DNA of 64,000 nt from Balanoglossus misakiensis (Eukaryota; Animalia; Hemichordata), in assembly GCA_040954595.2 (NCBI GenBank), contig CM082577.2, forward strand, positions 11,255,654-11,319,653, written 5' to 3'. Below, one piece after another: positions 36,800 to 58,300 of the stretch; position 1 is the first letter of the stretch, and every line of letters begins with the position of its first letter. The position numbers were made by a program, and so were the translations under genes. The notes under the pieces are model-generated. The model ran no database searches, was not told the DNA's origin, and worked only from the letters and a program-made list of their open reading frames with translations.

Positions 36800-38889
36800 G
36801 AAAATCAAACAGTTTTTGAGATATTTGTATGGTCGGTAATTACATGTACATGTACTATGTATAAAGCAGGGTTGGCTTGAATGGCAAGTGGGGCTATAAT
36901 TATAGAAGCCAGTGGTTTAGGAGAAGATAATTAGTTACCAAACCGACAAAGTGTTCCATAAACTGGGCCACCACATATATTAGTATATAATGTTACTGTC
37001 AGCAAAACACATTATTTCAAAGAATCATATGGGTTACCACAGGGGTTAGTCTTGTAGTTAGGTGTCTGACCAAGTACCATTCACATAGACCATTTCTTTT
37101 ACATACCATTTCTGATATCATCAATACCATTCTTCGTCAGAGACACACAGAGAACAGCAGTTTTGTAGTTCACAGGGCCAGATAAACATTGGAGCGGTGG
37201 CATTTTGAAATTGAGATTGACGTTTAACATTTTCTTTCGTGGCAATTTCATTGTAAAATAAATCAAGTACCAATGAACGTGTAATGATAGATGGCCTTAA
37301 AAAAACAATTAACGTAGTACTAGTATTTCCTGTGTCTATTCATGGAGCCACCACGGTCTATTTCAGCACTGGTAAATATGCATGTAAGTCTATCGTGATG
37401 TTCAACGCACATGTCACAATTGCTTTTTTGCGGATTTACACAAATTTATTTTCTCTTTTCTTGAATAAGTGATGCACTAAAATCTTGTAAAAATGTGTAC
37501 AAGTACGACGATTCATCTCCACGACAACCGAAAACAACAATTCAGATCAGATTCTTAGCCAAACTGTTGGGAGATGGGACAGTCATGCCGGACACTGGTG
37601 ACCGAAAGCTTCATGCTAATAGTACGGCCATGGAGCTAGCTCCGTGGTTCGGCTATAGCATGGAGCTACAAGTATAACTGTGGTGTAGCTCCATGGACGA
37701 TAGGAAGTGAACAAAATAGCGAATATTGGATGTACGTATGGACCGTATATTATGTTTAGAAATTCCAACCAAATGATTGAATTTCGGAATTTGCATTTGT
37801 TAGTTTTAGTCCAATTGTATCGATCGATGCCTTGACAATTAAAGAATCGTTAAAGAATCAAGTTCAGTACAACTTGAAACAAACCTGACTGGTTGATCTT
37901 TCCAACTGTCCACTGATTACAGCCCTACTACGTATATAGGTGCATTATGGGAGCCGCACCCGTATATTCATCCGCCAATCACAAGAGGACACAGCTATCT
38001 TGGAATGCACACATAGGTACCCTAATTAGAATCAACTCAAAATTGGGGTCACCCTATCCGTTTCCAATGGAAATGGAGCATGAAAAGTACTCCCTGTAGC
38101 GAGTGTGCTACGGTGAGACGGACTCCCATGTATTAGCTGATCAGCGATATTTGTTTATGAGGCTGTTAAACATGGTAATTTAATTTCCCGGCACAATTAG
38201 GTAATTGATGTTTCAAAAGTCGTGAAGAATTTAGAAGAAGAAAAATGGTTGTAAGGTTGTGCGATCTAAAAGAATATGCAGATAGGATCTCACATGCGAG
38301 CCCTTCTATGCTCATTGTTCCAGAAGATTCACACCTCCGCACATACAATAGACAATGGGAGGAAAGACAAAGCTCATACATAAAGAGACAATGCTTATTT
38401 CAGGGCATTTGTATCACGGTTACTAGAAGAAGAGTAACCGTGTTTGTATTAAAAGGTGGACCATTTGATGTCATGTAATGATGTAGGCCTATGTAGGTGG
38501 TATAAAGGCACCCTTGAAAAATGCAGAAAATATTTATAGTAGACACTATTGAAAACAATTGGTAGTTGCACGATACGAGCCCCAAATGATGCAATAAATC
38601 TCGAAGAAAGTAACTAATTAAAATGCAACTTTATTATAACAACCAGTTATGTAGTGTGCTATCTGGTTGATTGTTGACCATTCTGTCCTCTCGTGCCATA
38701 GCAACAGTTGGTCTCTCTGGGGTTCCCTGTTTATCACCTGTACTTATATCTGGGATGTACGTTATTGTCGTAAAAACAGTATTCATGTTCTAGTGACTTA
38801 AAATGCAAAATTTGTAAAAAGCGATCATATACGATTGCTAGCGTATATAGTATTCCGCGAATGCCCATCCAGTACGGTTAGCCTCGAGC

Positions 38890-39266
38890 TATCCCACAAC
38901 CCATCGCGTTTTCATTATTTGACCTCACAGGATGAGCTCCTGATTGGCTGTCGCACTGAAGGCCTTACGTCATCCATTCCAGTGGGTGCTAACACGTGAC
39001 CGTGGTGCTAAGTACGTCGCCGAGTTACAATATTATTCATAAAAATGTCGCAGAGAAACTAAAACGGTATCTGAACATTCAAGCTCGCCTGTCGTTACTA
39101 ATAAGAATACGCCGCCATAGCTAAGTTTATTCGTGGTCGCCCAATAAGAAACGTCGGTTTGGGGTCATAACCTTTGACCCTGCTAACACTAACATGTGCC
39201 ATATTCGAAGTGTCTTTCTTCCTGGTTGACAGGCTCTGAAAAATACGTCGTTTTACTGACTTAACG
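38890..39266 (+). promoter_or_regulatory. Putative promoter and non-coding first exon of ZNF-B
   Basis: Paralog of 27550-27929 with ATTGG, TTACGTCA, CACGTG, CCAAT and the GTAAGA donor retained. Confidence 0.55.
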
Positions 39267-40118
39267 GTAAGATTTTTGTAATTTGGTGTGAGTACTCATA
39301 AAGTTTAATGTTTGGAGCATCGATCGACCCTAGTTATTGAGCTGCGACCGTGTTTTGAGGGCGAAATCTTGGGTTGAAAATCCTCACCGCCCGTCCATTG
39401 CTTCCGTAGTTTTTTCACCTTTACATTTCTTGTTTACATGTTGAATCAGGCAGCGTGATTCCTGCGCCTGGTGAGTTGGTGGTTGGATCGTGTATTGTCT
39501 CTGAAGTAGGATCGTGGCCGCGGTCTTTGTTGGGGATAACCGGCAATACGGATATTCGAGGTTAGTGGCCGTGTCAAACCATGAAGCTACGGCAGCTCCA
39601 CTATGATAGCTCCATGGTCAAACATAGCTGCAATGAGTGTAGCGGGTGCTGCTAAGTTGAATGGTTGTCGCAGTTATGCAACAACCAGTCCACCCTGCAG
39701 CACCCTCTACAATCATTGCAGTATGTCAACCCACTTGTTTAATACCTTTTTAGTTACGCTACAGTCACTTGCCAGCCAAGAAAGGTCAGCTACAGGAAAT
39801 TTCAATTACGTTCTTAGTTTTTATGTTCGTTTTATTGTACAATACCCACAATTTGAGCAGATAACAAGATAGTTCAAAACAGACGATACACAAATTGTAG
39901 GTGTTGTCAGCTATGGATTCCACAATGGTTGTAATGGCGCGTCCCTGCCTTTGACTTCCTCATGGTTGTTTACTTAAGACTCACAACTGTGCGGGTTTAA
40001 TTAATTAATTAATTAGTTTTACTACCACTTGTCTGGTGATACTAGTATATCCACTTTATTCGGTGACGTGGACTGTAAGGTACAGTTGTTTTGCTTAAGG
40101 GTGCTCCAGGGTGGAGGT

Positions 40119-41296
40119 CTGGCCTCGAACTCTACTTTTTGGCTCACCTGCCCAATGGGCAGGTACACTAAACAATTTACCTGCCCAACAATTTTTTTAC
40201 CTGCCCATGCCAAGTTCACACATTTTTCAGTGCAGATCGTCATTTACATGTGACCTTCTGCCAAGGGCTCCAGTAACCGCTTTAAATTTAGTATTAAAAT
40301 TTGGCCCCACACACATAAATGGCCCACCACAAATATATTCTGTATTTTCCCCAGGATGACCAAATTCAGAATTTCAGTTTCAGATCTATAATTCTTAGAA
40401 AATGGTTACTGATTAGTTCAAAAACATCCTAAGACATCTCAGATTTTGTATCCCGTGTTTTACTGCTATATTGGTGATGGAATTTATTGTGTATTATATC
40501 AAATCGCACCAGTGCAAGGTATGAGAAATGCATTTTGAAACAAAAAATCGGTTCACCAGTAGAAGTTATGAGAGAAATCTATTTTGAAAAAAAATATCAG
40601 CAGGATCAGCTGAAATGTTTTGATTTAAAATTTTTCCCTTTTCAAGTATGTAATGCCATGTGCTGACTATAGGTGTTCTGGCAAAATACATGAATTATTC
40701 ACTGCTCTCTGGTCCATCTTGGATGTATTAGACTCCTGGCAGTGTCCTTGTCTTTCCTTTCCTTTCCTTTCCCACTTTGAGGGCACACTAAGTACAAACT
40801 TCCTTCTAAGTTTTAGTAAACCCAAACTTTATTCTATCAGGCAAACTTCAGAAGAACAAAGTAATTTATGCAAATATATCCAAGCTATATTTAGACACGC
40901 TTAAGCAGTGAGCACATGGCCTGGGCATGGGGTGGAAGGGGTCAGGTCAGGTTCACCAAGGCGCGCGTACGTTGGCTTCTCCTAATTTACATATCAATCA
41001 CTGAGTCGGTAGTTCAATGAACTTTATTCACGTAACCCTGCCAGCGCGTTGACGGCCGATTATATCTTCGATAAAATAAGAAAAACAGCATATAAAGACA
41101 CAAAACTTTGTTTTTTTCTTGAAATCTTTCTTTCTAAATAACTTTTACAATAGAATAATGATTCTACAGTATGTTTTACTGATTTATTTGTGTATATTCA
41201 CCGGCCCAATTGGGCCGACGAGATGTGAAAATAACCGGCCCACTATAAATATTTACCGGCCCAGGGCCGGTGGGCTGGCGTTAAGCTCGAGGCCTG
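40119..41296. mobile_element. Non-autonomous TIR element (hAT-like ends)
   Basis: CTGGCCTCGA / TCGAGGCCTG ends; subterminal CCTGCCCA and ACCGGCCC repeats; absent at about 31999 in the paralog; TSD length ambiguous (GAGGT shared). Confidence 0.75.
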
Positions 41297-41690
41297 GAGG
41301 TACAGAGTGCCCTTAAACAAACTGGCTGTATATCTTACAGTCTATCGGTGTATCTGCTGTGTGTTTCATCCCAAACACTCTAATTAGTAGCCTTCTGTTT
41401 TGTCCATGTCTAATCAAAACTGCTGCATTTACATTGTAGTAAGACTTATTCTAGTCACCTCTATGAATTTATTTGTATGAAATCACACCTGACTGTATAT
41501 ATCGTTATTACTTCCTTTTCCAGTAATCAAAGAATAGCAGCTCAGTTGATCCAATTTGCAAACAAGGATACTTATGATCAAAGACGGCACGACGTATTAG
41601 TAAAGCATTTGAAGATATCTATTTCATCGAGGCAATCCTACAAACATATCTGACTAGACAGGCAGATTGACAGGCGCGGAGAGCTCACAA

Positions 41691-42668
41691 ATGGAAATCC
41701 ATCAACGAAGGCACACCAATGAACGGCCATATGAATGCACAGTATGCGGAAAATGTTTCACCAGGAATTCGCACTTAATGCAACACATGAGAGTCCATAC
41801 CAATGAAAAGCCTCATGAATGCAAAGTATGTGGTAAATGTTTCTACCACAGTTGGACTTTAACAACACACATGAGAGTCCATACCAATGAAAAGCCCCAT
41901 GAATGCAAAGTATGTGGAAAATGTTTCTCCCACACTGGGACTTTAACAACACACATGAGAGTCCATACCAATGAAAGGCCCTATGAATGCAAAGTATGTG
42001 GGAAATGTTTCTCCCACAGTGGAACTTTAACAACACACATGAGAGTCCATACCAATGAAAAGCCACATGAATGCAAAGTATGTGGAAAATGTTTCACCCA
42101 GAAAGGCCACTTAAGAGTCCATCAACGGATCCATACTAATGAACGGCCCTATGAATGCAAAGTTTGTGGAAAATGTTTCTCCCACAATTGGACTTTAACA
42201 ACACACATGAGAGTCCACACATGTACTAATGAAAAGCCTTATGAATGCACATTCTGTGGGAAATGTTTCTCCCGCAGTGGTACTTTAACAACACACATGA
42301 GAATCCATACCAATGAAAAGCCATATGAATGCAAAACGTGTGGAAAATGTTTCACCCTAAAATGCCAGTTAAGAGTCCATCAACGGATCCATACTAATGA
42401 ACGGCCCTATGAATGCAAAGTTTGTGGAAAATGTTTCACCCACAGTGGGACTTTAAGAACACACATGAGAATCCATACCAATGAAAGGCCCTATGAATGC
42501 AAAATCTGTGGTAAATGTTTCTCCCAGAGTTGGACCTTAACAACACACACGAGAATCCATACCAATGAAAAGCCACATGAATGCAAAACGTGTGGTAAAT
42601 GTTTCTCCCAGTCTGGGGGCTTAAAAAGACATATGGCCATCCACACCAAATCACTTGACAGTACATAG
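41691..42668 (+). CDS. Tandem C2H2 zinc-finger protein B (11 fingers), no effector domain seen
   Basis: Single-exon ORF; first finger and C-terminus (LKRHMAIHTKSLDST) match ZNF-A while internal fingers differ. Confidence 0.92.
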   Translation: MEIHQRRHTNERPYECTVCGKCFTRNSHLMQHMRVHTNEKPHECKVCGKCFYHSWTLTTHMRVHTNEKPHECKVCGKCFSHTGTLTTHMRVHTNERPYECKVCGKCFSHSGTLTTHMRVHTNEKPHECKVCGKCFTQKGHLRVHQRIHTNERPYECKVCGKCFSHNWTLTTHMRVHTCTNEKPYECTFCGKCFSRSGTLTTHMRIHTNEKPYECKTCGKCFTLKCQLRVHQRIHTNERPYECKVCGKCFTHSGTLRTHMRIHTNERPYECKICGKCFSQSWTLTTHTRIHTNEKPHECKTCGKCFSQSGGLKRHMAIHTKSLDST

Positions 42669-42836
42669 CTCTTGGTGATTATTTATATCTGGGTTGCCAG
42701 CCAGTATGCTGGACCCAGGTGTGGGGTACACCAGTAAAATTGAACAATTGAAAATAAAAAATAACATGACACTAGTCTTCTTGAATTGTTTTTTTTTACA
42801 ATTTGGAAAGTACATGTATGTCAATAGCTTCCTTAA

Positions 42837-43455
42837 AGGGGAAATCCGCTGTAGCTGATTTCTACATAATTTGGTAGCTTTGATGTCTCTCTGTCAGAAA
42901 AAAACATATTCGCCATGTATAGGTCGCGCGATTTTTTACAAAATCTAGGGAAAGTTGGCAGAATTTCCAATATGGCGTTTACTGTAATTTGAATCATGGG
43001 AAAAAAAGCGCCAGGAGCAACTTCCGCCCACCATGGTGTGGGTGATACCATTCTCCGATTGGTGTCACTGGGCGACAGACTAGGCGTATTTTCATAGCTA
43101 TTGTTTGTTCTTTGCATCAGTTGATAAACAATCATCAGCAAAGTCGAAAATTTGTCATCTATTGACAGTTTTCATGAGCTTTAACCCATGAAAAATATGC
43201 AAATACGCTTAGCTTGTGACACAGTGACACCAATCGGAAAATGGTATCACCCACACCAAGGTGGGCGGAAGTTGGTCCTGGCGCTTTTTTCCCATGATTC
43301 AAATTACAGTAAACGCCATATTGGAAATTCTGCCAACTTTCCCTAGATTTTGTAAAAATTCGCGCGACCTATACATGGCGAATATTTTTTTTTTCTGAAA
43401 GAGAGACATCAAAGCTACCAAATTATGTAGAAATCAGCTACAGCGGATTTCCCCT
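42837..43455. mobile_element. Kolobok-like MITE, ~230-bp TIRs, TTAA TSD
   Basis: ttaa-AGGGGAAATCCGCTGTAGCTG / CAGCTACAGCGGATTTCCCCT-ttaa. Confidence 0.9.
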
Positions 43456-45284
43456 TTAATTGCACTGCTTTCTACTCAGTGTAGGTATTTTTGTGCATTG
43501 TAACTGTTAATACTTTATGTAAATACATGTATTATATTTTGTGCTAGTGGATTGAACCTATTATATTTTATGTTTGTCTAAATAACTTTTTACATCTAAA
43601 TAGTCTTTTATCAATGTTCGTTTGTATTTTATGATTTATCACGACCATGTATCATGTACTCTCAACCGAAAAAGATATCTGTGACTGTGAGCTAGATTAT
43701 TCCTGTTTGAATGTTTTCATTAACACATCGCCTGTTGTATTTCTCTATCTGATGTTATTGTTATTGTTTGCATTTTGATGAAATAAACAAAATCAAACAG
43801 TGATATATTTGCATGGTGGGTAATTACATGTATAATGTATAAAGCAGAGTTGGCTTGAACGGCAAGTGGGGCTATAATTATAGAAGCCAGTGGTTTAGGA
43901 GAAGATAATTAGTTACAAAACGGACAAAACTGGGCCACCACAAATCTTTGTAATATTTCTGTCAACAAAAGACATTTTTTTTCAAATAATCATACTAGTT
44001 ACCACGGGGGTTAGTCTTGTAGTTATTGTCTGACCATCTAACGTTTGGATAGACCACTTTTTTTACAAACATTCCTAAACAATGGGTCGACTTTTCATCC
44101 GAAATAATCAAAGCCATGGCTGTACGTTAGCGAGCTTATGGAACAGGCAACAAAACAATGGCAAATGAACTGAACAAAACTCTCTAAATTTGTCGGACAT
44201 GATTTAAAGCACTTTATTCATCCTTTGTTTTGTAAGACTATGGAACAACTCTGTAACATGACTGATATTGTTGTCAAAGAAACTATATTAAACTTGCTGG
44301 AGATACTGTTCGTAAGCAGCTTAGATCACATTGAGAGAAATTTCGCATATTCCTGTCAAAAACCGAAAATTTGCATGTTTCATAAAATGGGTATTTAGTG
44401 TCCAAATTACTGCGCCAATTTTAAAGGGACAAAATCTCTCTCTCTCGCTGCCCCTTTTTCATTAATCATGTTTGATACAAGACACCGTTTATGTTGGTCT
44501 TCATCACAACAAATTTAATTCCTCTACTTTTGAGTATCATATTTCATATTGTGTAAAAACACGAGAAACAAAGCATCAAACTTGACATTCTTGGGGGCGC
44601 AAATTGAGTCTCACAGAGAATAGTATCGATTCTCTTTCTCGGTCGCAGTTATTTCCGTTTTGTTTCTTGTCAGGTCTATCTCAGTTTCAAAAATCGAATG
44701 AATAAGTTTATCAGTCCAATTATCAGTAGCTGTTTAGCGCATATTTTGTATATTTTCGTTAGTTGGGGTGCCTGTCGCTCTATAACCAACCTCGATCTTT
44801 AATTTGTACAATTAAAATAAATTGGTAAATTTGGTAATAGTTGTTAAACTTCACTAATTAAAACAAGTATCGTTAGTATAAACTAACAGCACTGCCAAAT
44901 AAGACGAACTGGAATTTCTTATTCGTCTCCCGCGGCAGCAATCGGTGAAAACAAAGTGATTTTCGGTTAGATGTGCAGAGGGCGCCACAGTAGATGGATA
45001 CATGTCCATTTTCCGATTATAATTACGTGTACACTATAAAAGGGGCATCTCAAGAGTGTGTGTTCAGGAACTTAAGCCCCATATTTTTAAAGAAGCTCTC
45101 TTCAAAGCAGAGGTTTGGAAGCAGTCAAGAGTAGACCAAAATCGTACAGTCAGCGTTGCCAGGGCATCGGCCATTTTCTTTATGACGTCATACTTGACAA
45201 CCAGGTACCTGCCATAAGAGCAGTTTTAGGAGAGTTTTGTTTGTTACTTGTAACGAAACTACAAAGGGAAAGTTCATCAGCATA

Positions 45285-45286
45285 TG

Positions 45287-45335
<49 letters not shown>

Positions 45336-45350
45336 GTCATCATCATCATC
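45285..45350 (+). repeat. (TCA)n microsatellite
   Basis: Seen directly. Confidence 0.97.
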
Positions 45351-46909
45351 AGATTCCAGATTGTAAGTTGGACAAAAGTGGATGTATTCTTTTGATTACT
45401 TTTCATATAGTGTTATCCCAGCAGTTTGGACCAGTGGACCAGTCGAACCGCATACTTCGTACACACACACACACACATACAATTTTTGCTATTAAAAGTA
45501 GAGCATAATTACATGGTCATAGACTTTATGGACCCATCTGACAGGTTTTTGGCAAACGTCAGAGTGGGATCATGTGTGACTCAATTCCTTGATTTGAAGG
45601 CAAAAAAGTACTTTTTTCGGCCAAAGAATTATTTTTTCAGACTTTTATTTAGAAATAGACAACCTATGTAAAAAATTAACAAAAAAATCTTTCCATACAC
45701 TACAACTCTTGTATGGTTTGTGATCAATAGTTTAAGAAATAGACCCATGAAATGCATTAAGAAACAATGTTGAACCCGTTATGTCAAATTCTCCATGTGT
45801 GCTTGGTTTATCTAATAGTGTTTCGTAAAGGCTGTGCGAGTTGAGGGATTCGTGCAATTTGGCATACCACACTTAATTTGTCTGTGAAACTTTCATGGCA
45901 GAATTGGTTGAAAAAAGCTTATTTGAATGAAATCTTCAAACTACAATAGAAGTCCTGACAAATAGATCACCATTCCCCTCATACTGAGACACACTGGAAT
46001 GTATAATAACAGGTACTCTAGAGCTCTTTGACACAATTTGTAAATACCTATTACAAGGTAATTCCAGCATATTTTGACAACCTTTTTAAATACACAAAAC
46101 AATAACTTGAAATTAAATATAATCTAATATGGCACCTTATACTCTAAGTGTCAAATCTATGAAATATAACTGGATGTTTAACAGTGATAAAATTAAAGAT
46201 GATTTTAAATAGAATAAAGAGTTGATGTCTGGACAGTTGAATATAAAGTAAAAAAAAAAGTTTTGGCAGTAAACATTGGAAGTGATAGAACGTACTCTTT
46301 TGTTCGACTTTGAAATATCATCTGACAATCTCTGAAAAAATTTACGTGCTTCACATATCGAACGTCCTGTACTGTATTGTTTGTTCTCAATGGAAACTTG
46401 CTGATGACATAGTGAACCACAAAACCATCACGTGCCCACAAATTGACCCAGGACTATTTATAAATAAATTACTGAACTTTTTTCAATTTAGCATGAATCT
46501 TTATTCCTAGATTCATTAAAATGTGGGATGGTTCCCACGTGATGGTCAAGCTTGGAGTCCCCCCTACATTAAGCACTTCACATTAATTCAAATAATGTTC
46601 AACCGACACGAGTGCCCATATTTCCAAATGTCCCTTCTTTATAAATATTCCTACTTGACTTTAAAATAACTTTCTTGGAAAAGTGAGTCCAGCGAAAAAA
46701 AAACTATATTTTAATGCACATACCGGTACTTTGTGGATGTTTTGTTGACAGTTTACAAGCATCACAGCAATGTCCACTAGCCAGTCAAAATGTATTATTG
46801 TTACTTTGTAAAAGAATTAATCCACGTTCTTGCTGGTTCAATTCTCACCAAATATTGTATCTGATATTTAAAAGCGAAGGTATTACAAAGATTATTCTTT
46901 CATTGGGTG

Positions 46910-54500
<7,591 letters not shown>

Positions 54501-54709
54501 TTTTTTGACTGACTGCAGTGCAACCTGTGTGTGTACAAAAATGACAATTTCAAAATGGTGCAAAAAGAGGTCTCATCTCTCTCTCTCTCTACTCTCTCAA
54601 GATGACATCATCACCCGACTGTAAAATATTTGTGCATTCGACTTTGGCGTGCTCAGAATAATATGATGCACCATAATGACAAACTTGTCCTACGAATGCT
54701 GTGACAAAT

Positions 54710-55184
54710 ACCTGTCCGTGCGACCGTATTTCCCTAATATTTGCGATAAATAAATAAGAGGACTTCCGTACGTACAGGACCGCGGACTCCTCGAATATTG
54801 GAGGAAAGAAGAAAACAAATGAACAAGTGAATGTCGTACGCAGGCGCAAAGCAGAGCTTGCTGGGATAGGTCACTTGCAACATACAAACAACATTGGCAC
54901 ACACGATGAAGATCAGAATGACGAACATACAGCTGATTGCCGTCATCGTAACACGGTGAAATTATTCAGGTTCACGCGACTTGTTGGCACCGCAGGCCCG
55001 TTCTCCGATCCCGAGTACCTTCGCAGCCTACGAATGCATCTGTGATGCCTGTCAGGTAGAGATTTACAGTTGCTGCGTGTCATTTACTGCGAGCTTTCGC
55101 GACACTCGGAGTCCGAGCTCTAGCTGAGCCTTGACTCAAAATCCAAGTTGGTGGACAGTTTGTGTGTGTGCGGAGCAGCACACA
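54710..55184. promoter_or_regulatory. Putative bidirectional promoter region (PRDM minus / RAB40 plus)
   Basis: CpG-enriched; start codons at 54500 (-) and 55185 (+); probable PRDM 5'UTR intron 54710-54525. Confidence 0.65.
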
Positions 55185-55335
55185 ATGATGGACATGGGTT
55201 CCACTAACACTGGTAAACCCTATGATTACATGCTAAAGTTCATCGTCGTCGGGGACAGCGACGTCGGAAAGGGAGAAATATTGAGCGGACTCGAAGACGG
55301 ATCGGCCGATTCACCCTACGGCCACAACACAAATG
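55185..55335 (+). CDS. RAB40: Ras-related protein Rab-40, coding exon 1 (rest not found in window)
   Basis: [51 protein letters not shown] carries the Rab40-specific P-loop [11 protein letters not shown]; GT donor at 55336. Confidence 0.93.
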
Positions 55336-58300
55336 GTACGTAGAAATTGTTTTCAAACGAAAGCTATATGTACAGCCAAGTCTGTGCGTAGCTCCATTCC
55401 GATCGGATTGGATTGAACTTACATACTGCCTTCTACATGTATATCATGGACACACTCAGTCAGTGCACTTTTTGGCTTCGTCGTTTTTGTATGGTATCCG
55501 AGAGTAATGCGGTAATCCTTTTTCTCCCTGTGGCGCTTAGCGACCACGAATAATCGAAATCAGCTTCCCTTCCATAAATAATATTTATATAAAATAATTT
55601 TTACTTTTACTGCTGGTGTACTTTGTGAATCAGAGAATATATATATTTTTAGTAATACGATGTCACCGATGCACTTTATCATTCTTCTTGAAAAGTGAGT
55701 GCTACTGAAATGTACATTGTATGATGTAGTCGTTTCAGGCATTTTGTTGTTTACTCAGAGAATAAATAGTGCGTACAAAGGGAAGTGACCAGAAGACTGG
55801 TATGAAAACATCAGCTTGCTTTCACGTCGCACCGTGACACGGTCACAGTAACGCAGTCCCGAAGTAGATCGTAAATTTAACCATTTTGTTTTCAGTGTCA
55901 TTCACTCGCATTTCTGTTTTTAAGTGTCGTAACACAGACCATTTTCCTGAAATTTACAAGAATAAAAATTTATTCCGTTCAGCTGTTGCGACTGCAATCT
56001 TATTATTACGTATAAACCATCAGGATTCAACACTTACATGTAGTGTACCAAACTATTGGTGTTAAAGAGAAATTTTCGTGTCCATTACTAGTACATGTCT
56101 GATCTCAAACAGTTGTAGTTTTCAATCTGTGACCCCCCTAGTGAAATGTATGCTTACAGAAGCAGACTAAATGAGTGAAGTTTGGTAACGGAAAATATTG
56201 ATATGAAATGTATTGTGGTATCCTACCGTGAGGAGCATGTATGAAACACATGGACACAGTATTTTAATATATAGTTTCAACCACTGCATCTGCATTGTTT
56301 AGCAAGTGTGGCGCAAACAACAATGAACAAAGGATAATATAAGCAATCGACAAGCTGTCATCAGTTTTAATTTACAACATTTTGTGAATTCCCAGTGGTG
56401 CGCTTTTAATATTTGCATTTCTGATGCAGATGACGGGACCCAAGGTCGGTAATATTGATAATTAGATGTATGGTTCAATTGGTCTTTGTCAGCAGGCATG
56501 GCATTGTTATCACATCGCAAAATGAATGGCACTGGGTGAAAAATGACAGTGTTCTAATCCTCAGTTATAAGAGAAATGAAAAATAACAGTCAAAAAAATA
56601 TATATAGCCTTTTTTCAATAGAAACAGCAGCTGGTTGACTTGATTTTATGAAAAAATAATAATGAGATCGTTTTGCATATAATAGTGTGGCAGAAAAAGA
56701 ACAAAAAATGATATTTTCACTGACATACAATGTACTATGAATTAGAACTTAAGTACTTTTAGGGGGCAGTTAGCTAGTATCTCGATTGCTGTAGGCTTGT
56801 AAAGAATTCATCAATCTTTCATCTTTTAAAATGAACCCTTGCAATATAAGAGTTTTCTAAGTGACGCAGTGTGGTGAACCTGGTTTTGATTATGAAAGGC
56901 ATCAGGTTTTATTGTGTATCATTGGTCAGTATCATGTCACTCAAGGAGGAATCCAGGGTTGAAACAAGGCCACCAGACAAGAGAACCCAACATGGAAATA
57001 TAATATCAGTGGAAATTTGGCGTGTAAACCAATCCTGTTGATGGCAACTGCCAAGCTGTGGTGACATAATGCATTTTATCGTGGTAGAAATTTACAGAGC
57101 TTCTTCGAGTCCCCTTTCTTGAGTGCAGTTCTCTCAAAAGAAGAAAAGTGAAATATGTCGATGGACTTGCCTGTATCAGGACTGTCCTGGCAAACTGCTA
57201 ATTTGGCTATCCTGAGGATTTCTTCCTGTTCCCCATGTATCTGTTAATAAAATGAGACGTTGACAAGACTTCTGTAGACTGGACCCTGTCATTGAACAGT
57301 GGGCGTTGTCAGTGCTGCTTGTTTTCACTTGTGACAGGTTTATACATACACTGCTATTCTGTTGATTATGTTGACAGGAAAACAGGTCTAGTTGCTGGTG
57401 TGTGCGTGACTGTTTATGTTTATTTATAGAAAACAAAAATCTTCAATGACCCTGGCTGATGAATAATGTCAGATATGAATTCAAAAGTCACGTTCTGATG
57501 ACAGATTTCATTGATTTTCTAAGTCAGGAGTTTATTTTAAAAAACATCCTGAGCATGTGGATGAGTTTTGAACCAGGATGTCTTTTCTGCAATTCCAATT
57601 ATGTAAATAATTTAGATTTCTGGGGCCTTTGTTTTGGCTTTTGTAATTAGGAACAACATGGGATGGCATTTGCCTGTAATGTTACCAGCTGAGACCTCCA
57701 GAAAGCCATGTCAATACTATAGTGATGGTAGTTTGGCCAATAATTGGAAAAGCTATGTTTCACACCATCCAAAATGTGATGCCCTACACATTTAAATACT
57801 CAAATCGTACATATAGAATTTTTACTGTTGAAGATGAAGACAGTACCACTTTAAGTAACTTTACGCTCGGCTATATTTTCAATATTTTTCTCCATGTACA
57901 ATGTATCAACTTCAGTTTATTGTTCTACTCTTTTAATATGAAATGATTAGTCTTTAGTTTATCAGCAGAGCGATATAATGCAAATACTGAGCAATACTTT
58001 TCATTTTACAGAATAGAACCAGAAACCAAAGTTGATACCTAAAACAAAAATACTGATAAAATAGTGCAGCTGTAAAAAGTAGCTCATTAGCATTCAGAAC
58101 AAGAGTTAGCACACCATGCCCAGAGAGATTGCAACGCTCACATAATGTACATGTACACGATGCTGTATGAAAACAGCGAGGAAGTGTTGGTGTTTGAGCG
58201 GATTTGAGTGCTCGAGCTTTCCCTATCGGAATATCCTGAAAAGTGGGTCAGAATCCCGGGAATGCATTTTGTAAACATAAGAATGTTCCAGATACCTCCC

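Noticed and set aside
45115-45508. Poly-His, poly-Ser and poly-Met ORFs
   Set aside because: Translations of a (TCA)n microsatellite.
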